Made by a program: the position numbers and the translations under genes. A stretch of DNA of 64,000 nucleotides from contig JBMNIW010000011.1 of NCBI GenBank assembly GCA_050951325.1, positions 86,190 to 150,189 on the forward strand, read 5' to 3'. The notes beneath the pieces were generated by a model, which ran no database searches, was not told the DNA's origin, and saw nothing but the letters and a program-made list of their open reading frames with translations. The stretch comes from Clostridia bacterium (GTDB lineage: Bacteria; Bacillota; Clostridia; UBA1212; DUPL01). This document shows, in pieces, positions 18,319-28,244 of this stretch (the stretch's first letter is position 1; the number at the start of each line of letters is the position of its first letter).

Positions 18319-18900
18319 TTATTTCTTCTTTGCCTTTTTCTTTTTACCCTTCTTTTTCTTGTTTACCTGGTGTTTGGTCATTGAAACAATGTAATATGCG
18401 ACACCGTATACAAGGATAATTGCCGACGCTGCGTACAAAAGATACGAAAGTATTTTAAGTACATCGGAGAAAGTAAACTCGTCATCCTCAATGTCTACCG
18501 TCGGTGTATTCGTAGCCTCATCCGTCTCTTCAGGAGTTGGTGAGGGTTCCAATTCTTCCGTCTTTTCGGGAGTTGCAACTCCCGGTGTCAGCTTGCCTAT
18601 GGTAGGTGTTGCAGACGGAGTTGGTGTGGGCGTATCTGTAGGTTTGGGTGTTGGCGTCTTAGTAGGTTCCGGTGTTTTAACCGGTTCAGTTGTAGGTTCC
18701 GGTGTTTCAGGTATTTCAGTGGGCTCAGTTGTAGGATCAGGTGTTTCCGTAACGTCCGGAGTCTCTTCCACTTCCTCGGTAACCAAAGGTGTCTCTTCCG
18801 GAGGCACAGGAGTATTATCCTCTTCAGTGCCGTATGCCATAAAAGAGAACACAAACACCAGTATTAATATTAGACAGAAAAATATTTTCGCTTTCTTCAC
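18319..18900 (-). CDS. P/T/E-rich single-pass membrane protein with poly-Lys tail
   Basis: Signal peptide, ~115 aa low-complexity linker, TM helix, KKKKGKKKKAKKK; abuts the cohesin gene. Confidence 0.75.
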   Translation of the reverse strand: MKKAKIFFCLILILVFVFSFMAYGTEEDNTPVPPEETPLVTEEVEETPDVTETPDPTTEPTEIPETPEPTTEPVKTPEPTKTPTPKPTDTPTPTPSATPTIGKLTPGVATPEKTEELEPSPTPEETDEATNTPTVDIEDDEFTFSDVLKILSYLLYAASAIILVYGVAYYIVSMTKHQVNKKKKGKKKKAKKK

Positions 18901-19914
18901 TTAATACCTACCCCTATAACTAAACATACTCTTTTTACTACGTTTTCCCCAAATCATATATCCAATACCTATTCCTGCCCACATGCCAATTATTATTGAC
19001 ACAAACCCCCAAAATACATACGCCCATATGTCAATATTGTCATCTCCTCCATTGCCGATAGGAACAGAAGGTTCCGGACTCTTGGTTATTGCCGGAGTTT
19101 TATCGCTAATTGCAGGCGTCTTCGTTTCCAAGTTCGTCGGTTCCGGTGTCAAATCTCCTGTTTCAAGTGGTGGTGTTTCTGTTTCATTCACCGGTGTTGG
19201 CGTTTCAGTAGGAGCTGGAGTACTAGGTTTTGGCGTATCCGTCGGTTTTGCTGTTGTCGGTTTTGGCGTATCTGTAGGCTTGGCCGTTGGCTCCTTTGTA
19301 GGTGTAGGTGTAGGTGTAGGTGTGGGAGTCGCCGTTGGCGTTGGTGTGGGTGTCGGTGTCGGTGTGGGAGTGGGCGTTGGTGTCACAACATTAAACATCA
19401 AACCTTTCACCAAAAAGGACGTCCTTGGTATTAATCTGAAATCCGCAGTCGATCCGTTGGGGACATCTTCTCCTTGTTCATATACAAACCAGATATCATC
19501 ACCATGCTGCACATTGTCCTTGACCTTGAACTCAAGCGTGCATATCGTAAGGGAGCTTTTTGGATTTTCAAACCCCACCCAGATATCTCTGATGTTATCC
19601 GTTTCCTTCCTCACATCCACGGTATCATCCGCACCAAGGCTTTCATTTTTCTGATACCCAACATATTCCACCTTGTCATGAGGATACCACACAAAAAATC
19701 TCAGGGCCAGTATGTCATGAATTGAGCTGAACTTAATCTCAAGTTTTATAGTATCTCCAGGCATGATGGTACTATTTGGAGATGACATTGACAGTGTTAT
19801 AACCGCCGCATGAAACAGTACCGTACCTGCTCTTCCAACTATTGCTACAGCTATTATTACAATTATTAATTGAACTGTTCTCTTAAATATTATGTTTGCT
19901 ATATTCTTGTTCAT
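18901..19914 (-). CDS. Membrane-anchored single-cohesin protein
   Basis: PGDTIKLEIKF...FFVWYPHDKVEYV...ICTLEFKVKD pattern typical of cohesins; long PT linker; C-terminal TM; adjacent to a dockerin gene. Confidence 0.65.
   Translation of the reverse strand: MNKNIANIIFKRTVQLIIVIIAVAIVGRAGTVLFHAAVITLSMSSPNSTIMPGDTIKLEIKFSSIHDILALRFFVWYPHDKVEYVGYQKNESLGADDTVDVRKETDNIRDIWVGFENPKSSLTICTLEFKVKDNVQHGDDIWFVYEQGEDVPNGSTADFRLIPRTSFLVKGLMFNVVTPTPTPTPTPTPTPTPTATPTPTPTPTPTKEPTAKPTDTPKPTTAKPTDTPKPSTPAPTETPTPVNETETPPLETGDLTPEPTNLETKTPAISDKTPAITKSPEPSVPIGNGGDDNIDIWAYVFWGFVSIIIGMWAGIGIGYMIWGKRSKKSMFSYRGRY
19297..19384. repeat. Hexamer tandem repeats encoding a (PT)n linker
   Basis: (TGTAGG)4 at 19297-19320 followed by degenerate hexamers. 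Confidence 0.8.
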
Positions 19915-19927
19915 ATAATTACCCCTA

Positions 19928-22060
19928 TCATTTTTGCCCTATCGTATAATTGCCTATAATATGCTGCCTTATCATTGAGAAATCCGCCAGATTAATATCT
20001 TCCTTGTCTCTTTCGGCAATATTTGCAGCTTTGAATCTTATACCATCTATTGTCACTTTCTTGAGAATATGCTGTCTTATGTACGAGTAGTCAGGCAGGT
20101 TTATGTCGCCATCACCATTAACGTCCCCGTACAGTATTACAGTATACCTGTCATACACCGTGTCTTTCTTGAAAAGTTCAATAACCGCACCTGTACCAAC
20201 ATAGCTTTTTCCTGAAATGAGGTTTTCAAAAATATCGGTCACCCTGATTTCGAGTCCTGAAACACCTTCATCCTCTATTACAAAGTTTTCAAGGAATGCA
20301 TCAACTGTTGTTTTGGGCACAAGATTGCATATAGTCTTGGATACGCTATCAACAGCGTAATCCGATGAAGGTTTCAAATCCAGGTATGGGTTTTGAATGT
20401 TTTCCAGCATCAATTCCGAAACATACAGATTCATGGTTGCAGCACCAATCACTGTGTCCTTTTCAGCATCAAGAGCCACAACACTTATTTCATACAATCC
20501 CGTAGTCTCAGGATTCCAGACAAGGGAGTTGTCTTTTCTTGATATTATGTAATTCGTCTCACCATATCTGCTAAATTTGTAGGAGTATAGTATCTCTCCT
20601 TCATAATCCGCATTTGCTTCCAGCACGATATGGGCACCTTCCTGTACCAAGGCGCTTCTGTTTAATTTCGAATAGGATATCTCAATATTGCTGTCGTATT
20701 GCTGCTTTGTGCTCTTGTCCGACAAAAAGACATCATCCAGCATTACATGCACAGGCACAGCTACAGGAGTCTGCACATATGCATCGTCAACAAACAGTTT
20801 GATATTGGCAAGACAGTAGTATATTCCCGGAACTTCCAGGTCTATTGCGTTAAAACTATCTGTATCCACTTCTATGCTTGCTTCCTCATCCCTGCAAACT
20901 ATTGCTGATTTTATCATTTCAATGCTTATTGGTTCACCTTTTGCAGGGTATATGGGATAGACTCTTGCAACAGGCGAGGAAAAATGCTCAACATCGGAAA
21001 ACTTGAGGACCATTGTCTTTTCGATGGAAAGTCCTGCCTTGTTCATAACAGAGACCTTTACCTCCTGGCCGTCATCCTGCCTTACTGCAAGTTTTGGCTC
21101 CGTATGAATGTATTCAATGCCATAATTGTCCCTTACCACCACATATTTTGATATATCGTACACATCATCAAATGATACAATTGGTATGATTATTTCATCA
21201 CCGGAGATAATCGGATTGACATGGGGTACTACATGCACCTTCATGATTTTCTCGGTCTTGTTTCCCGTGGCATCGCTGACAACAATAGTCAGGTTGTACT
21301 CCCCTATTTTTGATATGTTAATTTCATCCATGTCAAAGGTTATGGTACATGCGCCCTTGCTGTTGTCCATATATTTAATGTTTCTCAATATTTTTTCTTC
21401 ACTCAGCACATAATCTTTTGCTATGTAAGTATCCATTACTTCCACTTCAGGAGGTGTTGTATCATTTTTTACAATATTGTCCGGCACGACATTTATTTCA
21501 TCCTGCAAAGATTCTTCACTCGATGCATGCAAAACGCATACCGTATAGGCTCCTGTCATGGTTTGAAATTGGACAATGCTGACTCCTATCGATTTAATAC
21601 CTGGATTTAACAAAATTCTTCCACTGGAAAAACTGGTTTCCAAAGTCCTTGAAAAATAAGTGGCAAGGCTTTCATCCGAAGTATTACCACCACTAAGCAT
21701 ATACAATATTTCTTCTTTTTCCACATAAGGCAATATATCGTTCAAACTTTTGTCTTTGAGAGGTCCTGAAACAAATTCTGTTTCATTAATGTTTTCAGGA
21801 TACTGGGATATGTATAAAGATTTGTACTTTGCACTTTTGACCAGTATATTGGATTCACCAAGAGGCGCAAGTCCATGCAAAGCCCTAATATTGTTCACTT
21901 TTTCAACAATCAGGGCTGATGCATTTTCTCTTGTTTCGTATGGATTAATGAAGTCCAGTTCAGGAAGATAGTCAACACTAGAAGATGAAGGCATTGCAAG
22001 AAGGCCTATTATCAAGGCCATTAACACCACTATGCTGCATATACCTCTTCTTGCTTTCAT
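19928..22060 (-). CDS. Secreted CAP(SCP)-domain, Ig-like repeat and C-terminal type I dockerin protein
   Basis: VNNIRALHGLAPL...LLNPGIKSIGVSI (CAP); DTTPPEV...IGEYNLTIVVSDATGN (Ig-like); YGDVNGDGDINLPDYSYIRQHIL...INLADFSMIRQHII (duplicated dockerin repeat). Confidence 0.8.
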   Translation of the reverse strand: MKARRGICSIVVLMALIIGLLAMPSSSSVDYLPELDFINPYETRENASALIVEKVNNIRALHGLAPLGESNILVKSAKYKSLYISQYPENINETEFVSGPLKDKSLNDILPYVEKEEILYMLSGGNTSDESLATYFSRTLETSFSSGRILLNPGIKSIGVSIVQFQTMTGAYTVCVLHASSEESLQDEINVVPDNIVKNDTTPPEVEVMDTYIAKDYVLSEEKILRNIKYMDNSKGACTITFDMDEINISKIGEYNLTIVVSDATGNKTEKIMKVHVVPHVNPIISGDEIIIPIVSFDDVYDISKYVVVRDNYGIEYIHTEPKLAVRQDDGQEVKVSVMNKAGLSIEKTMVLKFSDVEHFSSPVARVYPIYPAKGEPISIEMIKSAIVCRDEEASIEVDTDSFNAIDLEVPGIYYCLANIKLFVDDAYVQTPVAVPVHVMLDDVFLSDKSTKQQYDSNIEISYSKLNRSALVQEGAHIVLEANADYEGEILYSYKFSRYGETNYIISRKDNSLVWNPETTGLYEISVVALDAEKDTVIGAATMNLYVSELMLENIQNPYLDLKPSSDYAVDSVSKTICNLVPKTTVDAFLENFVIEDEGVSGLEIRVTDIFENLISGKSYVGTGAVIELFKKDTVYDRYTVILYGDVNGDGDINLPDYSYIRQHILKKVTIDGIRFKAANIAERDKEDINLADFSMIRQHIIGNYTIGQK

Positions 22061-22140
22061 ACCATTAACCCCTTGTCATTTGTAAAAACTCACGAATATT
22101 ATAGCATAAGCGGAATGCATATACAATAAACAAGCTTTGC

Positions 22141-24764
22141 CTATTTTCGCTTCATAGCTTTCTGGTGAAGATTGAATAAAACATTCAAGGCTTCTATAGG
22201 TGTTATCGTCTGGACATCCAGATTCTTGAGCTCTTCCACTATTTCATCCCGCATAACGGTGTTTGCTGCATAGGTAAACAAGTCAACCTGTCCTTCGCCG
22301 TCCTTGTTCCTCCTCTTTAATCTCCTTATTTCCTTTCTGCTTATGTCCTGTTCCTCAAGAATGGATAAAGAGTTCCTTCGCTCTTATTGTAACAGCCTGG
22401 GGAATACCGGCCAGCTGCGCTACCTCAATTCCGTAGCTGCCATCGGCCCCTCCCCGCTTCAGTTTTCTAAGGAAAACAATGTCGTCTCCCTTTTTCAGAA
22501 CATCAACGCAGTAGTTTTTAACCCCCTGTATTTTCCCTTCCAACTCGGTTATCTCATGGTAATGGGTTGCGAACAATGTCCTGCTTTTTATGTTCTCCAA
22601 TATGTATTCAAGCACAGCCCATGCTATTGATAGACCGTCAAAGGTACTTGTACCCCTTCCTATTTCATCCAGGATCAGGAGACTTCTTTCAGTGCTGTTT
22701 GATAGAATATTTGCTACCTCGCTCATTTCCACCATGAAGGTACTCTGACCTGATGCAAGGTCGTCTGATGCTCCAACTCTTGTAAAGAGCTTGTCCACAA
22801 TACCAATAACAGCGCTTTCAGCGGGTACAAAGCAGCCAGCCTGAGCCATTAGAACAATTAGGGCAACCTGCCTCATATATGTGGACTTTCCGGCCATGTT
22901 TGGTCCTGTGATTACCAGCAATGTATCGTCCTCCGGTGCAACATATGCATCGTTCGGTACGAATTCACCGTCAGAAAGCATCTTCTCCACCACAGGGTGT
23001 CTTCCCTGTATTATGTCAATAACAGGCTCCTCGGTCATTTCAGGCTTTACATAGTTCTCCCTGTCGGCTACTTCCGCAAAGCATGCAAGTACGTCAAGGA
23101 TTGCCACTAGCTGTCCTGTATGCATGAGTCTTTTCACGTTGCCTGCCACGCTCTGACGTATTTCTACAAATAGTTTGTATTCAAGTTCCGTCAGTTTTTC
23201 ATCTGCCTCAAGGATGGCCTCCTCAATTTTTGCGAGTTCTTCCGTTGTATATCTTTCGCTGTTTGCCAGCGTTTGTTTCCTTATATAGTGTTCAGGAACC
23301 AGGTCGTAATTGGCCTTTGTCACTTCCAGGTAATATCCAAAGACCCTGTTGTACCCTATTTTCAGATTCTTGATTCCCGTCTTTTCCTTCTGCTCGCTTT
23401 CATAATCAGCAAGCCATTTCTTTCCGTCCCTTGCTGCTACCCTGTACAAGTCAACCTGGTTGTTGTATCCATCCTTGATCAACCCGCCTTCTGTTACACT
23501 TATCGGCGGTTCTTCCACTATGGCCTTGTCTATGAGTTCATATATGTCTTCAAGGCAATCCAGGTTTTCATATATCTCCCGCATTATGGCGGATTGGCAT
23601 GCATTTATTGCGTTTTTGACATAAGGCAGCTGACCCAGAGATTGTTTGAGCGATATCAAATCCCTGGCATTTACATTTCCCAAAGATATCTTTCCTGTAA
23701 GGCGTTCAATGTCGTAAACTCCGTTCAATATTTCGCGTATTTCGCTTCTTGTCATGAACAGTTCTTTCAGTTCTGCAACGCCGTCAAGTCTTTTGTTTAT
23801 TTCAGCTATATTCAAGCAAGGGTTTTTCCAGCCACTTTTTTAGTTCACGGCCTCCCATTGCAGTTATGGTCTTGTCCAAAACCCATAAAAGGGAACCTTT
23901 TTTCTTCTTGTCCCTCATGGTTTCCGTTATCTCAAGATTCCTTCTTGAAGATGCGTCTATGGACATGTATTCATCTATTTTATAAAAATTAATAGTGAGC
24001 AGGTGATCCAAATTGTTGTTTTTTTGCGTATTCATTATGTACGAGTACAAGGCACCCGCACTGTTTACGGACAAATCATACTCGCTAATCTTTTGATCCT
24101 TTATGTACTCGTTGATAAGTAGTCTGCCCTTGTCGTAGTCAAATTCTTCCTCAGGTATTGTACTTATGTACGCTCCTGTCAGGTTTGATATGAGTTTTTT
24201 TATTCTATCCAGATCTTTTGCATCTTCATTGATTATGACTTCCTTGGGGGAGTATCTTGCCACCTCGTCCGCAAGACGGTTTATGCTGGCGCCTATGGAT
24301 AGCGTCGTACAGTACATCTCGCCCGTGGATACGTCTGCGGAACTGATGCCATACATGCCCCTGAAGCAATAAATGCACATAATATAGTTGTTGGATTTCT
24401 GATCAAGCATCTGCTCCTCGACTATTGTGCCGGGAGTATATATTTTTACAATCTCTCTTTTTACTATGCCTTTAGCAGTGGCAGGATCCTCTACCTGCTC
24501 ACAGATGGCCACCTTGTATCCATTTGATACAAGCTTGCTTATATACGACAGAGCAGCATGATAAGGCACGCCGCACATAGGGGCACTTTCGGAAAGCCCG
24601 CATTGACGTTTAGTCAACACGAGCTCGAGTACTTTTGATGCAACTATTGCATCATCAAAGAACATTTCATAAAAGTCCCCCAACCTGAAGAAAAGTATAC
24701 AGTCTTTTACCTGCTCCTTTATGGTCATATATTGCTTCATCATAGGAGTCAGCTGCTCTGTCAT
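22141..24764 (-). pseudogene. mutS: DNA mismatch repair protein MutS split by two +1 frameshifts (real or sequencing artefact)
   Basis: TPMMKQY and FFRLGDFYEMF in the first ORF; GPNMAGKSTY, DEIGRGT and ATHYHE in the second; a third frame ends ...QVDLF...TPIEALNVL...KRK* at 22141. Removing one A at 23814-23815 and one A at 22367-22369 restores a single ORF. Confidence 0.9.
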
Positions 24765-24797
24765 TATATATTTCCTCCAAATTTCAGTATTCAGCAA

Positions 24798-25175
24798 TTA
24801 GCAACCGGAACAACCGCTGCAGCTGCCGCTGCATCCGCCTCCGCTGCCGTTTACATAGAATGATACTACGTCGTTGATGTTTCGCATCATGTTTTCAAAT
24901 ACATCCTTGGCATGGAAATAGTTTTTTGTCAACTCGTACTCATTGAGTTCCCTTTGCTTCTGAAGAAGCATCTCTCTGCATTTCTCAATTTCTTCCTGGC
25001 CAAGTCCTTCTCTTGATGCTCTAACCATCTTCATTTGAGCATCCCTGTATTCCTCCATAAGAGTATTTCCTTTTTCGTCCTCCATGAGTGCAGCTTCAGC
25101 ATCCTTCCATGCCTTCATTTCACTACTGTTTGCTATTGCCTGCCCCAGCTGGGCAGCAGCTTCCATGTAATCCAT
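24798..25175 (-). CDS. YlbF/YmcA (Com_YlbF, RicA/RicF-like) family protein
   Basis: AAQLGQAIANSSEMKAWKDA helical pattern; position between miaB and mutS; Cys-rich tail CSGSCSGCSGC. Confidence 0.8.
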   Translation of the reverse strand: MDYMEAAAQLGQAIANSSEMKAWKDAEAALMEDEKGNTLMEEYRDAQMKMVRASREGLGQEEIEKCREMLLQKQRELNEYELTKNYFHAKDVFENMMRNINDVVSFYVNGSGGGCSGSCSGCSGC

Positions 25176-25198
25176 AATTTCTATCTCCTTTTCATATT

Positions 25199-26692
25199 TT
25201 AATTTTTAGAATTAACCAAAGTTCCATTTAGCGACCAGGTCTGGGCAGAATCTATCCTTACTGTTACTATCCTGCCAGACAGGTCGATATTTTCATCCAT
25301 GCGGTCAAAATTTACAACCTTGTTGCCTTCCGTGCGTCCGGTATACTTCTTGTCATTGGTACGGCTCAAACCTTCCACCAAAACTTCCACATTTCTGCCT
25401 ACATATGATTCATTTATTTCCCTACTTATACTATTCTGCAGCTCCAAAAGTCTGTTAAACCTTTCTTTTGCCACTTCCTCAGGAATTTGATCTTCGAATC
25501 TTGCAGCAGGAGTTCCTGTCCGTTTGGAGTAGATGAAGGTAAAAGCACTGTCAAACCTGACTTCCTCCACCACACTCAGCGTCTCATTGAAGTCTTCTTC
25601 CGTTTCGCCGGGAAACCCTACAATGATGTCTGTTGACAAGGCAATACCTGGGATCCTTTCTTTTACCTTTTTAACCAACTCAAGGTACTTCTCCTTAGTG
25701 TACTTCCTGTTCATCTTTTCAAGTATTCTTGTACTTCCGGACTGAACAGGCAGATGAAGGTGCCTGCATATTCTCTCGTTGTTTGCCATTACCTCAATGA
25801 GTTCATCCGATAAATCCTTTGGATGGGAAGTCATGAACCTTATCCTTGGAATACTCGTACTGTCACATATGAGTTTCAGTAAAGTTGCAAAGTCAACGCC
25901 ATCCCTTCTGTCATGACCGTAAGAGTTTACATTCTGTCCAAGGAGTGTTATTTCCTTTATGCCTGCCTTGTCCAGTTCTACCACTTCCGCAAGAATGTCG
26001 CATACTGCCCTGCTTCTTTCCCTGCCTCTTACATAGGGAACTATGCAGTAGGAGCAGAAGTTGTTGCATCCATACATTATTGTTACCCATGCCTTGAAAT
26101 CACTATCCCTTAAAACCGGAACTCCTTCGACAACCTCGCCGTCCGTATTTGAGATCTCAAAAACACGGGTATTGGTAAAAATGCATTTGTGTAAAAGCTC
26201 AGGAAACCTGTGCAAATTATGCGTTCCAAAAACAAGGTCCACATTTTCGTACTTTTTCCTGATTTCCTGAACAACATGTTCCTGCTCGGTCATGCAGCCG
26301 CATACGGCAATTATCATATCTTCCTTATCCCTCTTCAGACTCTTTAAGGCACCGATATGACCATATACCTTCTCCTCTGCATTTTCACGCACGCAGCATG
26401 TATTGAACACAATCAAATCAGGCACTTCGTCCTGATTGGGTACATACCCCATTTCGTGCAGCATTCCACGGAGCTTTTCAGCGTCATGCTCATTCATCTG
26501 ACAGCCAAAATTACGTACTTCGTAGGTTCTTTTCCTGTTCTTTTCTGCAAAGTACATGTCATTCCTGTCCCTTATTTGCTCCATGTACAAGTGCTGTTTT
26601 TCTATGTCAATCTGGCCTGCATTGATGTTTTCTTCTGCACTGCCAGAAAAATCATCCAAATCCGGGACACTTATTAGAGTCCTGTCCTGCAA
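25199..26692 (-). CDS. miaB: tRNA-2-methylthio-N6-dimethylallyladenosine synthase MiaB
   Basis: FGCQMNEHD, NTCCVRENA, radical SAM GCNNFCSYCIVP, TDIIVGFPGET, C-terminal TRAM domain. Confidence 0.96.
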   Translation of the reverse strand: MQDRTLISVPDLDDFSGSAEENINAGQIDIEKQHLYMEQIRDRNDMYFAEKNRKRTYEVRNFGCQMNEHDAEKLRGMLHEMGYVPNQDEVPDLIVFNTCCVRENAEEKVYGHIGALKSLKRDKEDMIIAVCGCMTEQEHVVQEIRKKYENVDLVFGTHNLHRFPELLHKCIFTNTRVFEISNTDGEVVEGVPVLRDSDFKAWVTIMYGCNNFCSYCIVPYVRGRERSRAVCDILAEVVELDKAGIKEITLLGQNVNSYGHDRRDGVDFATLLKLICDSTSIPRIRFMTSHPKDLSDELIEVMANNERICRHLHLPVQSGSTRILEKMNRKYTKEKYLELVKKVKERIPGIALSTDIIVGFPGETEEDFNETLSVVEEVRFDSAFTFIYSKRTGTPAARFEDQIPEEVAKERFNRLLELQNSISREINESYVGRNVEVLVEGLSRTNDKKYTGRTEGNKVVNFDRMDENIDLSGRIVTVRIDSAQTWSLNGTLVNSKN

Positions 26693-26776
26693 ATGTTCAA
26701 CCTCCTTTCAAAAAGACTCCCATTTTGAGGATACTAGTATATTATATACCTCAAAGCGGTTTATGTAAAGTAAAGG

Positions 26777-28092
26777 TCACAGTACCAGCAAAAGGCCGAA
26801 AAGCGCAGCTATAAGGACAAACGGGACACTGTCACAAGGCCGTATTTTATGAAGTCCCTGGTTTTGTATGTTATGTTTTCCCTTGAAAGAATATTTGTAA
26901 ACATTATCCCTGCCAGTGCTCCTATTGGTGTAAGGTATGCACCCAGATTCGATCCTATTATGCTTGCATATACTCCAAAAGATGCAAGATGATCAGGGAG
27001 GGCTGCAAGTATCTTCGACACTGTCAGCGTCATCGGTATGTTGTTCAGAATGTTTGACAAGATGGTTGACAAAACTCCATATGTAGCTATTGTCGTTATG
27101 CTATCGGTCGTCAGACTGTTCAACTTCTCGCCCATATTATACAGTATGTTGTATTTGTCCAAGGCAAGGATAATGATAAACATTGAGACAACAAAGGGAA
27201 CCAAATCCCAAGGAGCTCTTCTCAAGGAGCTTTTCAAAACATTAAGATCTTTGTTAATCAAACCATATACCAGGAGAATCAGCATAAGACTCATGGCAAA
27301 GCCAAGGCAGACAAGCCACATCTCCACTCTTATGAAACCCGACACTGACAAGGTTATTGTACAGAGTACAAGATGGATCAAAGATACTGTGAGAATGAAT
27401 TTATCTTTTATACCCGTCTCTTTTTCCTCCACCTTGATTTCTTTTTTCAACTCCTTTCTGAAAATGAGAAACAGTAATAAGAAGGCTGACATGCCTGCAA
27501 AAACAGTTGGCACAAACATGACCTTCAAATATTCAAAAAAGGATATGCCGTAAACACTGGAGATATATATGTTGGTTGGGTTGCCTATGCTCAACATCAT
27601 GGAGAAGGTGTTGGCACTGACAAACTCAGCTACAAGATACGGGATGGGATTTATGTTTGCCCTCTTTGCAAAAGCACATATGAAGGGAGTAAACGTCAAG
27701 ATGAGTATGTCGTTCGATGTAAATACTGTAAGAATGGAGATGACAGCATAAAGAACGACAAAGAGTGTAGTCTGATTCTTCTTGCCAAGTTTCAGTGCCT
27801 GGTTTGCAAGGTAACTGAAGAATCCAACCTCATCAAGAGCAATTGATAGAATACTTACAGAGATGAACAATACCAATATCTTCAACGGGTTTAAAGGTGT
27901 GTTCGAAAAGAGCACACTTGTCACTTCGCTTACCCCAATCAGGTTAAAAAGTAGAAGGATGATTGCGCCCATTGATGTTACAAGGAAGAAGGATTGAATT
28001 TTTCTCTCTTTTATTTTTATATATGGGTATTTTACTATTGAAAGTACAAGACAGATTATTGTTGCTCCACTTATTGACAATGTCAAGAACAT
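26777..28092 (-). CDS. ArsB/NhaD-family (ion transporter superfamily) permease, last TM helix frameshifted
   Basis: FTSNDILILTFTP, IGNPTN, LNNIP, GSNLGAYLTPIGALAG; ORF stops at 26809 but an alternative frame continues PFVLIAALFGLLLVL* to 26777. Confidence 0.85.
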
Positions 28093-28124
28093 ATGCGTGT
28101 TTATCCCCCAGTTTTACATTGTGA

Positions 28125-28151
28125 AACCCACACATTTGTCATGTGTGGGTT
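28125..28151 (-). terminator. Hairpin terminating the GT2/EAL operon
   Basis: AACCCACACAT-TTGTC-ATGTGTGGGTT perfect 11-bp stem. Confidence 0.7.
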
Positions 28152-28244
28152 GATTTGTCTAACAATATATTTTATATCGAACATGGGGAAAATGCAATTA
28201 TGTTTTAAAGTTTAACAATGTTCACGGATATGTAAAAGCGCTTA

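Noticed and set aside
19297-19384. Short repeats considered as CRISPR or a phase-variation tract
   Set aside because: In-frame hexamers coding a PT linker; no spacers, no cas genes, and slippage would keep the frame
18491-19654. Gly/Val-repeat ORFs on the plus strand
   Set aside because: Reverse complement of the PT linkers
23802-23830. Programmed ribosomal frameshift in mutS
   Set aside because: No canonical slippery heptamer plus stimulatory structure; a second independent indel in the same gene and others nearby favour mutation or sequencing error
28093-28244. Fluoride or metal riboswitch upstream of the ArsB/NhaD gene
   Set aside because: No crcB-type consensus seen; the single hairpin fits a terminator for the upstream operon
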